Below, piece by piece: positions 1 to 15,757 of a DNA stretch of 64,000 bases. Position numbers and translations under genes: made by a program. How positions within the stretch are numbered: the stretch's first letter is position 1; each line of letters opens with the position of its first letter. The notes beneath the pieces are model-generated. The model was not told the DNA's origin, did no database searches, and worked only from the letters and a program-made list of their open reading frames with translations. Source of the stretch: the human T2T-CHM13v2.0 reference genome, Homo sapiens; assembly GCF_009914755.1 (NCBI RefSeq), contig NC_060931.1, one strand, 5' to 3'.

Positions 1-2256
1 GCTACAAAATTGATGTACATAAAACAGTAGCATTTCTATACACCAATAATGTTCAGGAAGAGCGCCAAATCAAGAACACAATCAAATTTACAACAGCCAC
101 ACAAAAAACAAAATACCTAGGAATACATCTAACTAGAGAGGTGAAAGGTATCTACAAGGACAACTACAGAACACTGCTGAAAGAAATCATAGATGACACA
201 CACACACACAAAAATGGAAAAACATGGATTGGAAGAATGAATATCGTTAAAATGGCCATACTGCCCAAAGCAATCTACAGATGCAGTGCCATTCCTATCA
301 AGCTACCATTGTCATTTTTCACAGAACTAGAAAAAACTATTCTAAAATTCATATGGAATAAAAAAAGAGCCCAAATAGCCAAAGCAATCCTAAGCAAAAG
401 GAACAAAGCCAGAAGCCATCATATTCACTGACTTCAAACTATATTATAAGGCTACAGTTACCAAAACAGCATGGTACTGTTACAAAAATAGACACAAAGA
501 CCAATGGAACAGAATAGATAACCTAGAAATAAAGCTGCACACCTACACCCATCTGATCTCTGACAAAATCAACAAAAATAAGCAATGGGGAAAGGACTCC
601 CTATTCAATGAATGGTGCTGGGATAACTGCCTAGCCAATATACAAAAGAATGAAATATACCCCTACCTTTTACCATTTATAAAAACCAACAAGATTGATT
701 AAAGATTTAAATGTAAGACGTCAAACTATAAGAATACTAGAAGAAAACCTGGGAAGCACCATTGTGGACATTAGCCTTGGCAAAAAAAAATTATTACTAG
801 GCCTTCAAAAGCAATTGCAGCAAAAACAAAAACTGACAAGTGGGACCTAATTAAACTAAAGAGTTTCTGGACAGCAAAATAAATTATCAACAGAGTAAAG
901 AGACAAACTACAACATGGGGGAAAATATTTGCAAACAGTGCATCTGACAAAGGTCTAATATCCAGAATCTATAAGGAACTTAAACAATTGAACAGGAAAA
1001 ACAAAACAACCCCATTAAAAAATGAGCAAAATACGTGAACAGACACTTTTCAAAAGAAGACACACAAGCAGCCAATAAACATATGAAGAAATGCTCAACA
1101 TCACTAATCATCCAAGAAATGTAAATCAAAACTCCAATGAGTTATCATCTGACACCAGTCAGAATGGCTATTACTAAAAAGTCAAAAGACAACAGATGCT
1201 GGCAAGACTGCAGAGAAAAGGGAATGCTTGTACACTGTTGGTGAGAATACAAATTAGTTCAGCCACTGTGGAAAGCAGTTTGAAGACTTCTCAAAGAACT
1301 TAAAATAGAACTACCATTTGACCCAGCAATCCCATTACTGGGTATATTTCCAAAAGAAAATAAATCGTTCTGCCAAAAAGACACATGCACTCATATGTTT
1401 ACTGCAGCAGTATTCACAATAGCAAAGACATGGTGATGCGGTTTTGCTGCATCCCCACCCAAATCTCATCTTGAATTGTAGCTCCCATAATCCCCTCGTG
1501 TCATGGGAGAGACCCAGAAGGAGGTAACTAAATCATGGAGGTGGGTTTTTCATGTGCTGTTGTTTGTGACAGTAAATAAGTCTCAAGAGATCTGATGGTT
1601 TTATAAAGGGCAGTTCCCACACACACTCTCTTGCCTGCTGCCATCTAGGACATGCATTTGCTTCTCCTTCACCTTCTGCCATGATTGTGAGGCCTCCCCA
1701 TTCATGTGGAACTGTGAGTCCTCCCCATTCATGTGGAACTGTGAGTCCATTAATCCTCTTTTTCTTTATAAATTACCCTGTCTAGGGTATTTCTTCATAG
1801 CAGTATGAAAATGCACTAATATAAATAAAACCAACCTAGAGACCCATTAATGGTGGACTGGATAAAAAAAAAAATGGTACATATATACCATGAAATACTA
1901 TGCAGCCATAAAAATAATGAAATAATGTCCTTTGTAGCAATATGGTTGCAGCTGGAGGCCATTATACTACGTGAATTAACGCAGGAACAGAAAACCAAAT
2001 ACTGCATGTTCTTACTTATAAGTGGGAGCTAAACAATGGGTACTTATGGACAAAAAGATGGCAACAATAGACACTGTAGACTACTGGATGAGGGAAAGAG
2101 GGAGGGCAAGGGCCGAAAAACTATTACGTACCATGCTCAGTACCTGGGTGACGGGATCATGCATACCCCAAACCTTAGCATCACGCAATATACCTAGGTA
2201 AAAAACCTGCACGTGTACCCTTTGACTCTAAAATTAAAGTTGAAATTTTTTTTTAA
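1..2256 (+). mobile_element. L1 (old L1PA, about L1PA15/16-like): 3' ORF2 and 3'UTR, interrupted by a THE1 LTR
   Basis: ORF 141..431 reads [28 protein letters not shown] (L1 ORF2). Frameshifts and stops follow. Ends in a typical 3'UTR ...gtaccctttgactctaaaattaaagttgaaa. Confidence 0.92.
1434..1823 (+). mobile_element. THE1 (MaLR) solo LTR nested in L1; carries a 27-bp internal tandem duplication at 1693-1746
   Basis: tgatgcggttttgctgcatccccacccaaatctcatcttgaattgtagctcccataat ... gcagtatgaaaatgcactaatata matches the THE1B/C consensus layout. Confidence 0.9.
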
Positions 2257-3302
2257 AATCATCAAAGTAAAAAGAAACAAAAAACAAAAACCCTGTGCTA
2301 GAGTAGGCCCTAGAAAAATTCCCTTAGAGGGGCCCGGATCATTCCAACAAATGTGATCTTTTGATGACACTGTCCATTTGGTTACAAGGCTAACCACGAA
2401 ATTAGTTGACTCATGGAGGCCTGTTATAAACAAAACATATCAACTTCAACTAACTTGGATTTAGGTGCAAATGCTAAGCTTGAATTCTAAGTCTTGGGTT
2501 AGTTTCAGTGATGAAGCTGAGAACTAGAGATGTGAGGTGCCCGATGTCCAAACTTCCAGACTGGGTGTGTTGCTGTAATACTTGTGAGGCCCAGTGATGG
2601 AATCTGCCCCTTCCCTAACCAGACCAGATGGACACACCACTTCCCTGAGGACCACAGGCTGCTGGGACAATGCCCCCAACTCCTCCACTGTCAGCAAGAA
2701 GTATTCCTAGCCAGAGATTATTGATAATCTCCTATTTCCTTAACCTTCCTCACTAATCCCCAGCAGCGCAGGGAAGCTTGCTTTCTTAGGCATAAGTGAT
2801 AAACGCGTGTCTGCTCTGTAAGGCCTCTCACACAGAGGGGAAGAACTTGCACTTAGTTCTACCTCCGGAACTAGGAGGTAGGAAATGAGCCTTTTAAACA
2901 TGCTAAAACAATACTAAAAATCAAAGTGAAGAAGACTAGAACCTATAAAAGTAAGATGGCAAATTGTATGGGTCATGCTTTGCTCCCTATTGTAGCCAGG
3001 GTGGAAGAAAATCGGCAACATTTCTAAATACTACCATCTATTCCTAAGCCTACAAAGACAACCTCAACTGAAATTTCTCACAGTCATTCTTCTACCAGAA
3101 AACAATAACAGGATAAGGTGTAAACTTCCTCAACTGATTTTAATAAGTCTTAAAGCAAATGCTTCATTTTTATTTAATGAAAGTTAGCTACTTCTTGGCA
3201 AAAGGAGAACCAGACAAGCCCTTGGGACCTGCACACAGTTTACGAGGATATGGCTTAGTTCAGATACACTTAATTGGAGCCAGGCTTAAAGTTATTTACC
3301 CT

Positions 3303-3603
3303 TTTTGTTTTGTTTTGTTTTTTAAGATGGAATCTCACTCTGCCACCCAGGCTGAAGTGCAGTGGTGCGATCTTGGCTCACTGCAACCTCAGCGTCCCAG
3401 GTTTCAAGCAATTCTCCCACCTCAGCCTCCTGAGTAGCTACAGGCATGCACCATCATGCTTGGCTAATTTTTGTATTTTTTTTGGTAGAGGTGGGGCTTC
3501 ATTATGTTGGCCAGGCTGGTCTCAAACCCCTGACCTCAAGTGATCTCTCCACCTCGGCTTCCCAAAGTGCTGGGATTATAGGCATGAGCCACTGCACCCC
3601 ACC
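3303..3603 (-). mobile_element. Alu (J/S), full length
   Basis: T-rich tail, then agatggaatctcactctg...gctgggattataggcatgagccactgcacc. Confidence 0.95.
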
Positions 3604-3929
3604 TTATCCTTTAAACTAGTGCAAATCCGCTCAAAAAAAAGAAAAGCCTTGACAAGTTTAGTATAGAAACTTTAGTTAGAATATTTGCTTATTCCTGACT
3701 CTCCACCAAACAAAGCTTGGTAATAATTCTCCTTTTATAAAGCTTTCACTGGTAGAGAAACACAGAAAGTTAGGCAATTCTCCAATAAATAAGGTAGTCG
3801 CAGAACTATAACATATATGTTTTATTCTATGGTGACTGGTTTCTTAGACCACCAAACATCGTTTATAAAACACCAGCTCATTCCCTAACTCTGCGGGTCA
3901 TACAGACTTTTGAATGTGATTGTCAAAGT

Positions 3930-4092
3930 CTGGCATCTGAATCACTGAGGGCTAACGGCTGGTTAAAATCTAGATGTCAGGGCCTCAGTCTATACTTAAA
4001 TAAAGCCCCATGAGGTACAGCCCAGGAATTAGCACTATTAAAAAGTGCTGCAGGTAACTGCTATGCAAATTAAATTTGACGACCACTGCTTT
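3930..4092. mobile_element. MER5-like hAT DNA transposon remnant
   Basis: catctgaatcact...ttaaaat...caggtaactgctatgcaaattaaatttgacgaccactgc resembles MER5 termini; highly diverged. Confidence 0.5.
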
Positions 4093-5889
4093 AGAAAAAA
4101 CACAATTTTATTTAGTCAAGGGGGGACTTTGATGCGGCTATCAGAAAGGGACCTAGGATTATTTTACAAAGTATCTATCTATCTATGGTTCCTTATCTCC
4201 AAACAAAAACACTTAACAATAAAATGTACCACTTAAGCTGAAATTGTACATGCCTTCATTGTACGTGCCTTCATTGACTCCAGGGTGAAAATGTCTATCA
4301 CTAATCTTATCCCCAAAACAAATCTTAATCACTATATGACAGTATTTAAAATACAGTATTTTTATAACCTATCTGAAAAATGCAAATAGCTAGAACCAGG
4401 GCTTGCTTATCTGCTTAAAAAGACAATGTCTGATTTAGAAACTCTCAAGTGTTAAGTATTTTTTATTACATGAGTGAAAAGAATAGTATATAAATTTCAC
4501 TTTTGTCATAAGCATCACTTATCCTGGTGGAATTCAGCTGAAGCAAATTATGCACTTTGCATCACTTACTATGGAATATTATTTACTTTTCTTCACATAC
4601 CATGTTCATGTCATTTCCAGTTTTACTGAGAACAGTTCCATTTGCATGTCTGTTTATCCAATTAGACTTTTAATGTGACGAAGGATGGACACTAGCTGGG
4701 TCATACGGCCAGGACAAAGATTTCCCTTGATAGCTCTTACTTGTCAATACAAATGACAGAAGAAAATGTCCCCGGGGGGAAAAAAAGGCCTTCAGTAGAT
4801 TTTTACTAGGAAAAAAGTCGATAAAATGAAAAAAGTTTAGGAAGGAAAATAAATGATTAGTAATTATTATTCTCATATTCTTGTGGAATAGACAGCAATG
4901 TATAATTGAGAGAAGGGGAGCTTCCTAGTACTTGGTACTTAGGACATGACCTCCAGCATGGTACTCTAGTCATCGACCAAGCCTACCTCTGCATTTTATA
5001 AAAGAATGGAAACTGAGGCTGAAAAAAGACAGTGATTAATCAGGGGGAACACACCCAGTGTAGGAGTCAAATTTCCTGGCCACACCCCCAGAACTGCTAA
5101 ATTTTGGTAGAAGCCCATGTTTTCCACAGAATTTCATAACTCTATAAGAATAGCATATGGCAAGGATTTTTCTTCTTAAGGAATATTTTAGTATATAAGA
5201 GACATGATTTTAGCCATTAAAGTTTTCTGTTTAATTATGTGATCTCCTAATATTTCCTCAAATATTTTAATATTTAATATTTTAAAACATCTACAGATTG
5301 CAAAAGCAATAATAATATTAAAATGTTGTACCTTACAGAGAAGCAGTCACAGAATTGTAAATTCTAAAAATAAATCATAGACAATGCCACCCCCCCAGCA
5401 ACCACTCACGTACCCTCCAGTGCAAACCTTTATTTACCCAAATACACAGAATTTGTCAGATACAGCGTTATAAGTGGATGCATGTCCTGTTTAGGGCACC
5501 TGGTAATTAGCATAATGGCCTCTTGGGCCCTGCCTCAGAATGCTGGGTGGCATGTATCACAGATTCATCTGGGAAGCAGCTTCCACTAACCAGGGAACCA
5601 AGGACAAAGGAGCTGGCAGGCTTCAGGGGAGTAGCTGCCCAGTCAACAGTGTATTAAGGACAGCCATTAGTTGCCACAATCAGTTAATTAGCTCAACAAA
5701 TGCAAAACCTAAATCATTAAATAAAGTGGCCCTGATTGCACTGCTGACTTCTGATTTGGTATCACTAACCCAGCAGGGTGAGAATGAGGTAGTTCCACAA
5801 AAAATAAAAACCTGTCCACATTGGGAAAATGATATAGGATGGGATTTCATTTTCATGAAAGTTGAGCCCTGCCAGGAAGTTTCATTGAC

Positions 5890-5920
<31 letters not shown>

Positions 5921-8429
5921 GGAGGTGCCAGGGAGACCTCTGTGTTTATGCTTTGAAATTTAAATTAATTTAAATATAAATTGCTCTCCCCTTTTGTCAT
6001 TATGAGAAGGAAATAAAATGTGGGTTTCAGATCTCTGGTGTGTAAATGGTCATTAACTTTCATTTGACCTTGGGTACAGAACTAATATTGGATTTATGCA
6101 CAGGGTACACTCATTATGCTCATCTAGTTTCCTCACAAAAAACATGTTCCCAGGAGCTGCAATGCTGGAAGCTGCTTCTTAGCTCTCAACTAGAAAACTT
6201 GATTCTCTCTTTAATGCCTCTCCCCCGCCTTACACCCACCTCTCTGCTCAATGTCTCAGGAAACTGTTTCTCCAGGCTTAGCAATGTGTATAAAACATGT
6301 GCAAGAAGAAGTAGGACTCTGAAGAGCTTAAAATCATTGTCCTGGACCACACAAGACCAGACAGTAACCTGCTCTGGGCAACGTCACCTTACTGGCACCA
6401 TCAGTGTTCAGTTCTTCCCAGGATCAAATTCCCTACAATAGGAACAAGCTTCCACTTACAGCAATTCAATTAGCTTTGTCTACTAAGTGTTACACAGCTT
6501 GACTGAAGTGCCCCAAGTATTTTTGAAAACCAAGACCTCAAAAACCTTGGATTCTGGAGTATGCGCTGCTGTAGTTATAATTATTCACCTCCTTGGCAAA
6601 TCTGTTTCATTTACTATCTTAATGGGCATGACCATATTGAAGGATTAAAAAGAAAATCATCTTGCCTTGCTTTCTGATTTTCTTAATTCTAAACAATTCT
6701 CAGGGTTAAAGGAATCTAACTTCTTATACTCACTACTCTCAGATCTCCTGCTCATCAGGAGAAATCTGTGAAAAGGGCTATTTTCTTTTATAGTATGCCA
6801 TTGAATGGTTATTTATCATTTCGACTTAATAGCTCTAATTACAAAAGATAGTGTCATGGGACTTTTTTTAAAGGCAATTTTCTTTGTATCCCAGTGGGAG
6901 AGTTAGAAAAAATTTACAAAGCATCTGCTGAATGCATTTTCAATTATTCCTGGGCTTTACCAGTGCTATTACTTTCTTGATTGTAAGAATTTTACATTTT
7001 CAAATATGCTTTAACTTTACAATGCATTAAGAATTACTGTTTTAAGATTCTTATGATGGTTTTATCTCACTTAAAAAAAAAAGAAAGATACAACCCATCA
7101 AACATTGAATTGATCACTGCTCAACAAGAACATGCACTGGTGGAGACAGGACGTGAATATACAAAATTTGTCAGCAAGCAGGGACAGAAGAACGATCTCT
7201 GGAAACGTTAGAACAAGGAGTTATTATAGCACTGGAGAAGGAGACAGATTTTACAAACTTCAACAATCAGCATGGTGTTAGGCAAAGCTCTCTCTTTTGG
7301 GGAAAACATCCTAGGAATCATCAATCAATTAGGAAGACAAGAATGTTGTGTTGATTATTTTAGGGGAAAACACATGACACTTCTTTCCTCTTGGCTGACA
7401 AATGCTAAACAACACATTCAGCGGGGTTATCAGACAATCGGTGTTGGCCTGTGCTGACCAGAAATGAGAGTGATGGGCGCTGCTGGACACAGTATCGAGG
7501 ATGTGGCAAAAGAAAAGAAAAGGACAGAAACAAACCATCTGGAAAAATCAATTCTGAGAGGATCCTGGTCCATCCTTTGAGAGGCTGTGAAAGTCTTGGG
7601 AAATGTACGTGGTTGAAAATACCACCAAAAAATAAGCATAAACTTTTAATTACTTAAATACAGCCAACAGACTCCTCTTATAACGTAGCATTTTTTAGCG
7701 TAAACACTCTTTATTAGAACACTCAGCAATTAGATGGAAAGAAGATCAAAAGGAGAGCATTCAAAATAATATCTCTATAGCTTTTTAAGATAACTTAAAT
7801 TTCTTCCAAAAAAATTAAACACATATTATCAGAAAGGTAAAGGAAATCTGAGATGACAATAATTATATTAAGCAAGTCAGCCTGTCTTTGCTGACCCTAA
7901 TTTTATTACTAACATCCATTCTAAAATCCCATTTGTCATGCATTCTCCTAAATATTAGCTATGTATTTACCAAAGGATCAAGGTAAAGTCTAATATGGTG
8001 CTACGTTAAAAGAAGAACCTGTCAACTAAAAATAAAAAGTAAAAATTTATAAGACCATAAAAGCAGAAGCTATTCCACAGGTATAAAGGTTATTTTTTTC
8101 TTCTACACATGAAAAAGGGAAAGCCTTATTTATACTGTTAAAAATATTCTATCATCAATTTCATTTCTTGTGACAAAGCAATATGAATATCTTGTCTTTG
8201 GAATATTCTGCTCCAAAGTAGAATATGCCTTTTCACTGGTGTCCAGTTTCAAACCTCACAAATGCCTCGCATGGTGAGTCCTGCTAACATGTGACTGCTC
8301 CCAATATTACATACATATACTTGAAAAGGGGGCTTAAAACCTCTAAGTTTTCCAAAATCGTGTTACTGGTGATGTGATTGTTACTCACAGTAGATCTGGA
8401 AAGCTGGGACTTTAGACAAAGGGTAATCA

Positions 8430-9118
<689 letters not shown>

Positions 9119-9424
9119 AGTCTAACAGGTCCACCTTGATTACCAGATCCTGGGGTTTCCTACTTGAATGTTTTACCTGGAGTTCACTGTCATGGCAAAT
9201 AAGAGTTAGCAGGTTGTTGAAACCATATGCCCACCCCAAATGCCTATTTAAGCTTGAATACAGGATTATAAGGTCATATAGGATACATTCTTTGAACATA
9301 GGAATCAAAGATGTATCCTATATGATCTTAGAAAAAACAATTTAACGTAAAACATTGGCTTCTCTCTTATCCGTTCTAGCCTCTTAAAAATAATAATGTT
9401 TTTAAAAGCTAAACACAATAAGCT

Positions 9425-9728
9425 AGCTGGGCACCATGGCTCACATCTGTAATCCCAGCACTTTGAGAGGTCAAGGCGGGAGGACTGCTTGAGCCCAGGA
9501 GCTTGAGACCAGCCTGGGCAACATAGCAAGACCCTATTTCTACCAAAAAAAAAATTAAAAATTATCTGGGCATGGTGGCACATGACTGTAGTCCCAGTGA
9601 CTTGGGAGGCTGAGGTGGGAGGATCACCTGACTCTGGGAGGTAGATTGCAGTGAGCCATGATCACACCACTGCACCCCAGCCTGGGTGACAGAATGAGAC
9701 TGTCTCAAAACAAAACCAAAACCAAAAA
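9425..9728 (+). mobile_element. AluJ with 15-bp TSD
   Basis: Alu body flanked by aaacacaataagcta (9411-9425) and aaacacaataggcta (9726-9740). Confidence 0.93.
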
Positions 9729-12450
9729 CACAATAGGCTAAACCATTTTATACACTTTGATATATCATATATATTGTAATATCTTAGTAAAATATTTTGG
9801 TACATGAAGAACACTTTAACCTGAATTCCTGGCTGGTTTATCCTAGAAAGAGGGAAAAAATATTATTACCCACAACTTGAAGAGTTTATGAGTTTTCAAT
9901 TCATTCCTTTCAATTTCCAGGAACAAAAGCAGAATAAGAATGCCTTTTCACAAGTTACATATTTACTCTCATTATCTTGAAAATTACTAATCAAGAGTGG
10001 GAGTGTGGCTGGAAATGCCAGAGACCAGGTGTTGGAAAACCTGAGTTTGCATTCTGCCTGCAGACTTTCTAGCCTGTGTGAGTCTCAGGGTGGCACCTCC
10101 TCTCTAAATCTTGTGATTGAGACAGTGCAAACAATTCCTTCTGGGGTGATCACATTACTCTTGCCTGCCCAGCAGCCATTCTCCCCTCTGCTGGTGTTCT
10201 TTGTAGAGCCATGTATTTTGCTTGTGTGGGGTTGACTTGACCTGTCTACTTCCCCCTGCCATTCTCCTGCTGCTCCAGAGGTGGGCACTTCATCCTTCCA
10301 ACAAGATCGCTTAGCAAAGCTTCTTTTGGGGCTATCAGGACAATCCCTCGCTGAGACTGTTAAACTCTACAGAGTCCTTGAGGCAAAAAATTCCCTTTTT
10401 GGTTTTCAGTTAGTTTTTCTGTCACATGCACCTAAAATAATCCTGAATAAAATAGTCCCAAGGTTGTGACTGAGGTGAATGAATGTAAAAAGTGAAAACA
10501 TTGTTAGAAGAGGATTTTTAAATATTAGAGCTGGAAGGAATCACTGAGGTTACCAAATTTTACGCCAGCCCCTGCAAGATACAAATTGAAATCACAAAGC
10601 CGAGGTCGCAAAGACACGTAATGGCAAAAATAAAACAGAGCCTGGAGGTCCTTCTTTCCTTTTCAAACTTTAAAATCCCAGATACTTTAGTTTTAAAACA
10701 CTTAACTAGCTATGGGCTAAGGACAGAGAGTGAAATTTAAACACTGCCAAGGAGATTTACCACTATGAGATTTCTGGCTTTCCAGAAATAGAAGCCCACC
10801 ATGGCACAAATTTCATATGATCTAAAGATAATGAGAGCTAAAAGTGCTTTGGATTCCCTGGAAAAGGGAAGTAACACATCTCCCAAGACACTAATGAGCC
10901 AACATTAGCAGGAGAATAAGCAATCCAACAACGAGAAAGAAGTGCAAGGATATCTGTGCAAATTTCTGCAAATCTTATGAAGCCTTAAAATGCTATTCAC
11001 ATCCACTAAGGTTCGCTCTTAGGGTAGAAAACTGTTCAAAGGCACATCCTAATGGCCTTTTAGAAAATTACAACAAATAGATTTTTTACTAAGCTTACAG
11101 CCTTTAATTATTCATAAAACCTACACTGATTGGCAGTTACTTTTATTTCTGTTTGTACAGTGGGCTGAAACTAAAAATTTTTTACATTAATGCTGATTTT
11201 AATAACCTCTTGCAGTTAGACAGAAATCCGGCAGGACCACCTGTGCCCTAATTAACAGTTTTACTACAAGACATAAGATAGTAGGGTAATCAATTCCTTC
11301 TGTCAAGCTCCAGATGTGCCAGCTATCTTTTTAAATACTTTTTTATTTGATGTATATTAGCTTATTTTTCTTCTCCTTTAAAAAGTATTCAATAGTTTTA
11401 AAAATAAGAAGCATACATAGAAAACACCATTCTGCAGCTGGAACTCTACTTAATTAAGGCCATGCTTAATGGTTCTGCGTTTGATCACCTCCTAAAATCA
11501 CAATAAGAAGTTTACCTTTCTCTGACAGTCACTGACTCATTAATGCATTCTATTTATGAAACATATGCTATGATTTTAAAACAGCAGGGGCCATACTTGT
11601 CCTTGCTCACTATTGTATCCTGTGTCTTACACTGCATTCAGCTTATAGTTTGTGCCCAGCTAGGGTTTGATAAAGGAACAAATGAATACAATACCTATGA
11701 CTTAGGCTCTTTTGTACCTTGCCATTGTTCCTTCACATCCACACTCAATGCCAACTCAAGCATTGAGAATGCACAGTGAATCAGTCAGGTATCTCTAATA
11801 TTTCCATATTTGAATTCTTTGAATACAGTAATATATATCTTGTTGGTTATTTTTACCCCTAGATTGTTTCCCAAATGTATTGTAGTTCAGGGTGGGGAGG
11901 GGTTGTAAGAAAGAAATGTCTTTGTTTTTTCCTAATACAATCTTCTTCATTTATATTGCTCTTCTAATCAGAAAACATTATATTTAATTAAAGTCAGGGG
12001 CAAAATAAGAATGACAACTATCATTGATATTATTCAAACTTATACTGCAAGGCTCTAATGAAATATTATAATATGGGAAAAAAGGAATTATATGCATTGG
12101 TAAACATAGACAAAACAGTCATCATTGACAGATGATGAATTTGTCCATGTGGAAAATCCAAGATAATTTTTAAGGAAGCTATTAGAACTCATTGGAGTTC
12201 AACAATTTTAAGGGACACAAAATCGAAAATTCTCATACAACAAAAAAAGAGCCGACTAGAAGAGATAATAGATGTAGATACAGATAAACTGATTCTGAAG
12301 TTTTTATGGAGAGAGAAAAAACTGAGAATAGTCAACACAAGATTGAAAGCGAAGAACAAAGTTGGAAGGCAGACACTACCCAATTTCAATACTTAACGTA
12401 AAGGTACAGCAATCAAGACAGTGTGGTATTGTTGAAAGAATAGACAAACA

Positions 12451-12775
<325 letters not shown>

Positions 12776-13826
12776 TCAATGGAACAGAATAGAGAGCCCA
12801 TAAATAGACCCAAATATAGTCAATTGATCTTTGACAAGGAGCAAAGGCAATATAATAGGGAAAAGACTGTCTTTTCAACAAGTGGTTCAGAAACAACTGG
12901 ATATCCACATGCAAAAGATAAAATAAAATAAAAATAGAACCTAGACACAGACATTACACCCTTGAAAATGAACTCAAAATGGGCCCCAGACCTACATGTA
13001 AAATGTGAAATTATAAAACTCCTAGACTATAACATAGGAGAAAATCTAGATGACCTTAGATTTGGTGATGACTTTGTAAATATAAAACCGAAGGCATGAC
13101 TCATGCGAGAAAAAATTGATAAGCTAGACTTCATTAAAATAAAAACATTTCTGTTTTGCAAAGACACTTAAGAAAATAAAAAGGCAAGCTATGGAGAGAA
13201 AATATTTTACAAAAGACATATCTGATAAAGAACTGTTATCCAAAATATACAAAGAACTCAAACTCAACAATAAGAAAATAAACATACCAATTAAAAAATG
13301 AGCAAAAGACCTGAACACATACCTCAACGAAGAAGACATACAATAAGCACATGAAAAGATGCTCAACATCATATGTCATTAGGGAATTGTGAATGAAAAC
13401 AAAGAGATATCACTACACATCTATTAAAAGGGCCTACTAGAATGGCCAAAATCTAGAACACTGACTACATCAAATGCTGGTGAGGATGTGGAGCAAGAGG
13501 ACCTCTCAATTATGCTGGTAAGAATGCAAAATAGTATAGCCACTTTGGAAGACAACTTGGTAGTTTCTAATAAAATTTAACATACTCTTAACACATGATC
13601 TAGCAATCAAACTCCTTGGTACTTACCCAAAAGAGATGAAAATTTACATTCACACAAAAATCTGCATATCCAAAGCTTTATTCATAATTGCCAAAACTTG
13701 AAAACAACCAAGATGTCTTTCAGTAAGTAAATGGATAAACTGGTTCATCCAGACAGTGGAATATTATGCAGCACTAAAAACCAAGGAGCTCTGAAACCGT
13801 GAAAAGATTCTGAATGCATATTACTA

Positions 13827-14218
<392 letters not shown>

Positions 14219-15454
14219 TTAATGGTTGTAGTGGGTTAGAGGAACATAGAGTTGAATAAGTGGAGCACACAGGATTTTTTAGGGCAGTAAAACTACTCTG
14301 TATGACACTATAATGGTGGATACATGTCATTATACATTTCTCCAAACCCATAGAATGTACAACATCAAGAGTGAGCCCTAAACTATGGACTTTGGGTGAT
14401 AACCACATGTCAATGGAGGTTCCGTTATTGTAAAAAACGTAACATTCCAAACCAGAGTGGGATGCTGATAGTGGAGAGACTGTACATGTGTGGGGCAGGA
14501 GGTATAAAGCAACTCTCTGCACTTTGTATTCAATTTTGCTATGAACCTAAAACTGCTCTAAAAAATAAAGTCTATCAAAAAAAAAGAGAAATTTCATTAA
14601 AGAAAAAGACTGAGGAACCATCACACAATGCAGAAATTAGGACCAGTAAAAAAAAAAAAAAAGATATTACAAAAAATAGTTCATTTACAACAGTAATCAA
14701 AACTACAAGGTACCTAAAAATACATCAAACAAAAATGTCGACTTGTACAGGGAAAGATACCCTATATTCATTGATAGAAACACATTATCTCAAAAATATC
14801 TGATTTATATAATAATCTATAAGGTAAATACACATTTAAAAAATCCCTATAGAGACTTTCATGGAACTTGACAAATTAAAACTTTGAAGAGAACAAGAAA
14901 AGTAAGAAGAGACTTGCCTTACCCACCCAATGCCCCACTCTCCCCTGAAGTCTTATTATAAAGCATTGGTAATTAAAACAGGATAGTGTAGGCACAAGGA
15001 AAGGTAAATAGATCAGTGGAACACAGAGACCAGAAATAAATCCAAGCACAGCATATATATAAACTTCATATATAATGGAGTAAGCATTATAGATCAGTGA
15101 GCAAAGAATTCAATGAATGCTAATAGGGTAACTGGCTTAACATAAGGAAAACATTTTGATTTCCACATCACACCATATACATAAAATTAATTCCAGAGGA
15201 CTTAAAGTCCTAAACGTGAAAAACAAAACCTTAACGCTGTCCACAGCTAGCTATTCCACATTTAGTAATTTATTATGAGGAAATAATTGGAAAAGGGCAC
15301 AAAGAGATATATACAAAAATATACATTCAGGTTCTTCTATTATTATTTACAATGGAAAAAAAACTAAAAACCTAAATGTACAACCGAGAATTAAACTGCT
15401 AGTATATACAATTAATAAAAATGATGTAAAACTATATTACTGATATAAAATTTA

Positions 15455-15757
15455 GGCTGGGTGCAGGAAGCCAAGGTGAGAGGATCACCACGTACCTTGA
15501 GCTCAGGAGTTTAAGACCAGCCTGAACAACAAAGCAAAACCCCTCTCTACCAAAAATAAAAAAATAAAAAAAATTAGGTAGGTGTGGTGGCACATGCCTG
15601 CATGTAGCCCCAGCTACTCAGGAAGCTGAAGTAGGAAGACTGCTTGAGCCTGGGAGGTCAAAGCTGCAGTGAGCAGTGAGCTGTGAGCTGTGACTGCGCC
15701 ACTGCACTCCGGCCTAGGCAACAGAGTGAGACCCTGTCTCAAAAATAATAACAATAA
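15455..15757 (+). mobile_element. AluJ with internal deletion in the left arm
   Basis: ggctgggtgcag joined to gaagccaaggtgagagg...; right arm intact, with a short gtgagc tandem. Confidence 0.85.

Noticed and set aside
141-431. L1 ORF2-like ORFs (also 16195..16602 and 60261..61345)
   Set aside because: Degenerate LINE fragments with stops and frameshifts; not functional genes.
3159-3543. ORFs with [13 protein letters not shown]-type peptides throughout the window
   Set aside because: Translations of Alu sequence.
5540-6441. 138-aa and 131-aa plus-strand ORFs
   Set aside because: No recognisable domain. The poly-Lys comes from a poly-A tract. Lengths are compatible with chance.
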